This document shows positions 58,590 through 64,000 of a DNA stretch of 64,000 nucleotides, piece after piece (the stretch's first letter is position 1; each line of letters starts with the position of its first letter). Position numbers and translations under genes: made by a program. The stretch comes from Octopus vulgaris. Its lineage: Eukaryota. The notes beneath the pieces were generated by a model. The model searched no databases. It had not been told where the DNA came from and worked only from the letters and a program-made list of their open reading frames with translations. The DNA is taken from assembly GCA_951406725.2 (NCBI GenBank), contig OX597816.1, positions 4,898,001-4,962,000 on the forward strand, read 5' to 3'.

Positions 58590-58775
58590 CATTTACCCCC
58601 ATGGGCAATAACACCCCCACCCACCAGGACAATTACCTCTGAGGACAACAGATGATGATTTAAAACTTCTAATATATTGGAGAGGAGGGGGGTTAATTAA
58701 CCAAGGGGGAGTAATTTTCCTAGGGGGTTAGTTGTAATGGGGGAATTATCCTATAGTGGGGGTGTTACTGTCCTA
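58590..58775. mobile_element. Degenerate foldback element or MITE with subterminal GGACAATTACC-like repeats
   Basis: GGCAATAACACCCCCAC..AGGACAATT is inverted to AATTATCCT..GTGGGGGTGTTACTGTCC. Confidence 0.45.
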
Positions 58776-59073
58776 CTGCGTTAATTATCCTGATATAGTT
58801 CTTGCAACTGTTGTAAAAAAATTATGCTACCCTCCATCTGTAAATATATCATTTTAGCCCAAACTGCATCAAAATTTCTTACTCTACCATATCTAATACA
58901 TGAAAAACCATAGTAGACAGAATTTGTGTGACCTTTACTAGTAGCAAACATTTTACCTCTTGTAATTGTACAAATGAATGCCTACTACAGACAGAGAGAT
59001 CGACATAGTGAGAGAGAACAATACTATGAATACATACATACATACATGTGTGCGTGTGTGCGTGCGTGTGTGT

Positions 59074-59106
<33 letters not shown>

Positions 59107-60754
59107 CATGTGTGCGTGTGTGTGTGTGTGTGAGTGCATGTGTGTGTGTGTGTGTGTGTGCTGCTTGACTGGCCCCTGTGCTGGTGGCATGTAAAAAGCA
59201 CCGTTTGAGCATGGTTGATGCCTGTGCGCCCATGCCAGAGGGATGTAAAAAGCACCCACTACTCTCTCTCTCTCAGGGTGGTTGGCATTAGGAAAGGCAT
59301 CCAGCTGTAGAAACCTTGCCAGATCAGATTGGAGCCTGGTGCAGCCTTCTGGCTGGCCAGTCCTCATTCAAACTGTCCAACCCATGCTGGCATGGAAAGC
59401 GGATGTTAAACGACGACAACGATGATGATGATGATGTTAATGATGATATATATAATAATTTCTTAAGTAACGAGAAAATGGATTTGATATTAATCTTTCT
59501 TTTGTGCAACAGTCGTTTCGATCCACACTGCCACCCTGCCATTGTCTTTTATGGGTGGGACTGCTTTCAGCATGTTGTGTTGCATCAGTTTTGCAGTCTG
59601 GGATGGAGCATATTTGTGTGTGCAAGTGTAGATATGCGATACCTGTGTCGGGGGAGCAGCGGGGGGGGGGGGTATGTATGCGTATGTGCGTACATGCATG
59701 TATGTGTGTTTGTGTATATGTACATTTATGGGGGCATATATATATATATATATATGCGTGTGTTGATATATGTGTATGAGAGTGTGTATGTGTCTGTGTG
59801 TATATATGAGTACACTAGTGGATTTGTGTGTCCACGTGTATGTGTATTTATAAAAATATATGTAAATAGGGGCCCAAGTGTATGTATATGTATGTGTGAG
59901 CATATGCATGCAAGTGTGTCAGTGCATATATACATATATATATATATATATCATCATCATCATCATCATCATCATCGTTTAGCGTCCGCTTTCCATGCTG
60001 GCATGGGTTGGACAGTTCAACTGGGGTCTGGGAAGCCAGGAGGCTGCACCACGCCCAGTTTGATCTGGCAATGTTTCTACGGCTGGATGCCCTTCCTAAT
60101 GCCAACCACTCCATGAGTGTAGTGGGTGCTTTTTACGTGCCAGACGAGTCTGGCAAACAGCCACGATCTGATGGTGCTTTTTACGTGCCACCGGCATATA
60201 TATATACATGGGCATAGGGTTTTGTGACAATGGCACAAGTGTATGTATATGTATATACATACATATGGATATGTGTATGTATATGTATGTATGAGTGTAT
60301 GTACGCAAGTGTGTATGTGTATATATATGCTGCCACCCCAGTCTCGAGGTAAGCGTGGCGACACACTACTCATGAGGTTATCTTCCAGCCATAAATTATA
60401 CAAACCATGACCGACATTGACCATGTGGGTGGGTGGCCGACGCCTCCTGTATTGAGTGCATGTACAAGCAAAAGTGCATGTATGTGTGGCATAAGCATCT
60501 TGATCTAAGCTAGCATAAGTCCTTAGGTGCAATCCTGCATAGATCCATGTAGGTTAAAATCCAGGATATTAACCAACATGAATCTATGTAGGATTGCAGC
60601 TAAGGCCTTATGCCCTTCTTTCTACAACATCGGAAATTTGAACTATGAACTTTTATGCTTCTTTTTTCTTCTCTCTTTCCATCTCCTCATTCTTTTACTC
60701 CCTTCTTCTATATCGTCTTCTCATTAATATATACCTTTCTCATTTTCCCTATTT

Positions 60755-60810
60755 GACTCTGATGACGGAATATCCCATACTACAGGATATCCCAGAAACA
60801 TCTGTAAGAC
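60755..60810 (+). ncRNA. Partly decayed minimal hammerhead after a CT-rich PLE-like 3' tract
   Basis: GACT CTGATGA CGGAATATCC catactaca GGATATCCCA GAAA CATCTG TA AGAC, with mismatches in stems I and II. Confidence 0.6.
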
Positions 60811-60888
60811 TTTGAATTTCTTCTTGTAATAATATTGTACACGACTTGAGATGTTTGCCTTGCCTTAATGTTTGCTGTCCTGTTTAAT

Positions 60889-60938
<50 letters not shown>

Positions 60939-61061
60939 CATGTATAGATTGGAGCCTGGTGCAGCCATCTGGTTCGCCATTCCTCAGTCAAATCGTCCAA
61001 TCCATGCTAGCATGGAAAGCAGATATTAAACAATGATGATGATGATGATGATGATATGTAT

Positions 61062-61101
<40 letters not shown>

Positions 61102-62235
61102 TTTATATATATGTATGTATGAATGTATGTATGTATGTGTGTATGTATATATATGTATCTATGTATGTGTGTATATATATATATTTATATATACATACAT
61201 ACATACATACATACATACACGCACACATACATACATAATATTATATATACATATATATATATATATACACTCACACACACACACACACACATGTATTATA
61301 TATAAATTGATCGAATTAAAGAGGTGAAGTGAGAGAATAGACGTTTATTCCATTAGCGGGGTGGAGGTGGGTGGGGGGTTGATTGCTTTTACTCCCAGTT
61401 TATAATATCATTTAATTCGTTAATTTGTATTCCTACAGTGAATTATTCTCTTGATTAATTTAGCATTTATTAAAACGCTATCAATAAACTCGTAGAAACA
61501 CAGAGCGAAGCATATTGCTCGAATGACGTCATAGTTTGAAGCGAAAAACAAGAAAATAAAGAAACGAAATAAATTGCGGAATCTTTGAAAGTATTTTAGC
61601 TAAACTCTGTAAAAATAATTATTATATTTGATTATTATTTGATTATCAAAGATAACATGTTTTGAGACGATCGTAATAAATTGGTTAATCTGATAATGTA
61701 AATGCAGAGAAAATATCTCCTCTTTCAACTATTTACAACAACCGCGAGTAATGCTCCGACGTTTGTGTGGGTAAACACAACCATTGAACATCTGATTTTC
61801 CATATTCGTACACACATATATTTATGAACGCACACATACACACACTTATAGATGAATACGTATTACACACATGCACACATGCACGCAGATGCACACACAC
61901 ACACATAATGTGAAAATATTAGTTCTAAGAAGTAAAGATATAAACATTCTCTATGTATTTACAGTGTTAGGTTTCTAATTTATTTTATGTTTACACACAC
62001 ACACACACACACACACGCACTCACACACTCATTCACACACACAAACACAAAAACACATACACACACTCACACACACACACACACACACTCACAAACACAC
62101 TCACACACACACACACACAAACACACTCACACACAAACACACTCACACACACACACACACACATTCACACACACAAACACAAAAACACATACACACACTC
62201 ACACACTCATACACTCACACACACACTCACACACA

Positions 62236-62271
<36 letters not shown>

Positions 62272-63312
62272 TGCACAAAGTTGCAAACTTAGCAATCTAG
62301 AATAAAATTTGCAATGAAAATAATAATAATAAAAAAGATGAAGACCAACAGTTCAAAAGAAAACCAAAATCGGTGGAACCTAAAAGCCAAGAGATCAACC
62401 AAAACAAACCTGATCAGTCTTGGAGGGATGTTTACATAAAGCAAAACCTACACCATGGATGTCAGCTGTTGATGTGATATTAATGTGGTAAAAACATGCA
62501 ACAGATAAAAGAGATTTAAGTCCTCTAAAGAGAAGTTTACAAATGTAATACTCTTTTACTTGTTTCAGTCATTTGACTGCAGCCATGCTGGAGCAACACC
62601 TTTAGTTGAGCAAATCGACCCCGGGACTTATTCTTTGTAAGCCTAGTACTTATTCTATCAGTCTCTTTTGCCGAACTGCTAAGTTACAGGGACGTAAACA
62701 CACCATCGGTTGTCAAGCGATGTTGGGGGAACAAACACAGATACACAAACATTTACACACACATACCCCAAATACCCCAAATATACCATATTTTAATGTA
62801 TATAAGGAACCCTTTTTTTTTTATCAAAAATTAAGTTAAAAGATATGGGAGTTTCTTACAAGTGAATAGTATTATAATCCCTTACAAAACATTTTTTCCA
62901 AATTTTAAGCCGCCGAAACTAAGGGGTCCCTTATACATGTTAAAATAAGGTATCCTTTAAAAACACTTGTGTTGGTACCACATATAAAGCAACTGTGATG
63001 GTGCCATGTAAAAAGCCCCCAGTGCCATGGGAGAGGCACCAGAAATGACCAGTATTCAGATGGTGCCAATACTTGCTGTCATCTGAAGACTCTGTAAGAA
63101 GTTTAGTATTGGCTGCTTTTGATGCCAGAAAATTACTCATTTTGAAATGGTCCTGATTGTACCGATCACAATAGGTACCACACTGACTTTTGAGGTTCTA
63201 TGGATTCTTTTGACTTCCATTACTAGATTCTATATTTAAGAGATGAGGAATTATGTACATTATTTACATTATTTACATTTGATGAATATTTGTCCTCATC
63301 TTGTTTGTTGTT

Positions 63313-63358
63313 AACACAACGTTTCGGCTGATATACCCTCCAGCCTTCATCTGGTGTC
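63313..63358 (-). ncRNA. Inverted partner hammerhead with mutated core (CAGATGA)
   Basis: Same stems as 63668-63711 but with a U4-to-A change. Confidence 0.6.
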
Positions 63359-63420
63359 TTGGGGAAATTTCGAACATGGGTTCTCATTCCTAAGGTATTA
63401 ATAATAATAATAATAATAAC

Positions 63421-63467
<47 letters not shown>

Positions 63468-63492
63468 TAATAATAATGATAATGATAATAAC

Positions 63493-63545
<53 letters not shown>

Positions 63546-63570
63546 TAATAATAATGATAATGATAATAAC

Positions 63571-63619
<49 letters not shown>

Positions 63620-63667
63620 TTGAAAAATACCCTAGGAATGAGAACCCTGGTTTGCAATTTCCCCATT

Positions 63668-63711
63668 ACACCTGATGAAGGCTGGAGGGTATATCAGCCG
63701 AAACGTTGTGT
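63668..63711 (+). ncRNA. Minimal (dimer-type) hammerhead ribozyme
   Basis: ACAC CTGATGA A GGCTG gagggtatat CAGCC GAAA CGT T GTGT. The loopless ACGT palindrome in stem III can pair only in trans. Confidence 0.75.
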
Positions 63712-64000
63712 TAACAACAAACAAGATGAGGACAAATATCTGTCAAATGCAAATAATGTAATATGGCGTTCTCATATCAATATAAACAGCACATGACCTT
63801 GCAGGTGGGGCCCAGTTAAAATTTTCTTCTGGTTGAGTAACCCATCCCACTCAAAAGGTCCCTGAATAAGGGTTGTTTAAGGATGTTGAACGAAATACCC
63901 ATGTTTCCAGAGGTGAATTATTCAAACCCCAAAGAACCCCTCTCAACACATGGCTATGATGCTCCTCCACTACTTCTGCTCGTGATCAGAGATGCACACA

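Larger units (their letters stand above)
63223..63762. mobile_element. Divergent inverted pair of HHR-bearing units around an (AAT)n tract
   Basis: 63275-63400 is inverted to 63620-63762; (AAT)n spacer at 63400-63620. Confidence 0.85.

Overview
AT-rich, microsatellite- and SINE-dense eukaryotic genomic DNA. The repeat families and the 28S fragment point to a coleoid cephalopod, probably Octopus (inference). Nearly all ORFs in the supplied track are microsatellite or SINE artefacts. The one real protein-coding gene is the 3' half of a follistatin-like 4/5 (FSTL5/SPIG1-type) gene on the minus strand: six GT-AG exons from 49413 down to a TGA at 15604-15606, 1226 nt in total with consistent phases, encoding the C-terminal beta-propeller region. 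The main hidden signal is a set of unrelated small elements carrying minimal type I hammerhead ribozyme (HHR) folds of the kind associated with Penelope-like elements (PLEs). Six share one architecture: an inverted copy of the element's 3' end placed at its 5' end. One family has a G3-C8 compensatory core swap (GTGAACA) in both copies. One intact HHR lies in the sense strand of an FSTL intron. A truncated copy of another family starts at the predicted self-cleavage site. Also present: a decayed Penelope RT/GIY-YIG element, inverted LINE fragments whose 3' end matches the dominant SINE tail, a 28S rRNA fragment in the loop of an intronic inverted repeat, a long-range intronic inverted repeat next to a splice donor, MITEs and a Helitron. 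All folds and alignments were done by eye; repeat boundaries are approximate.
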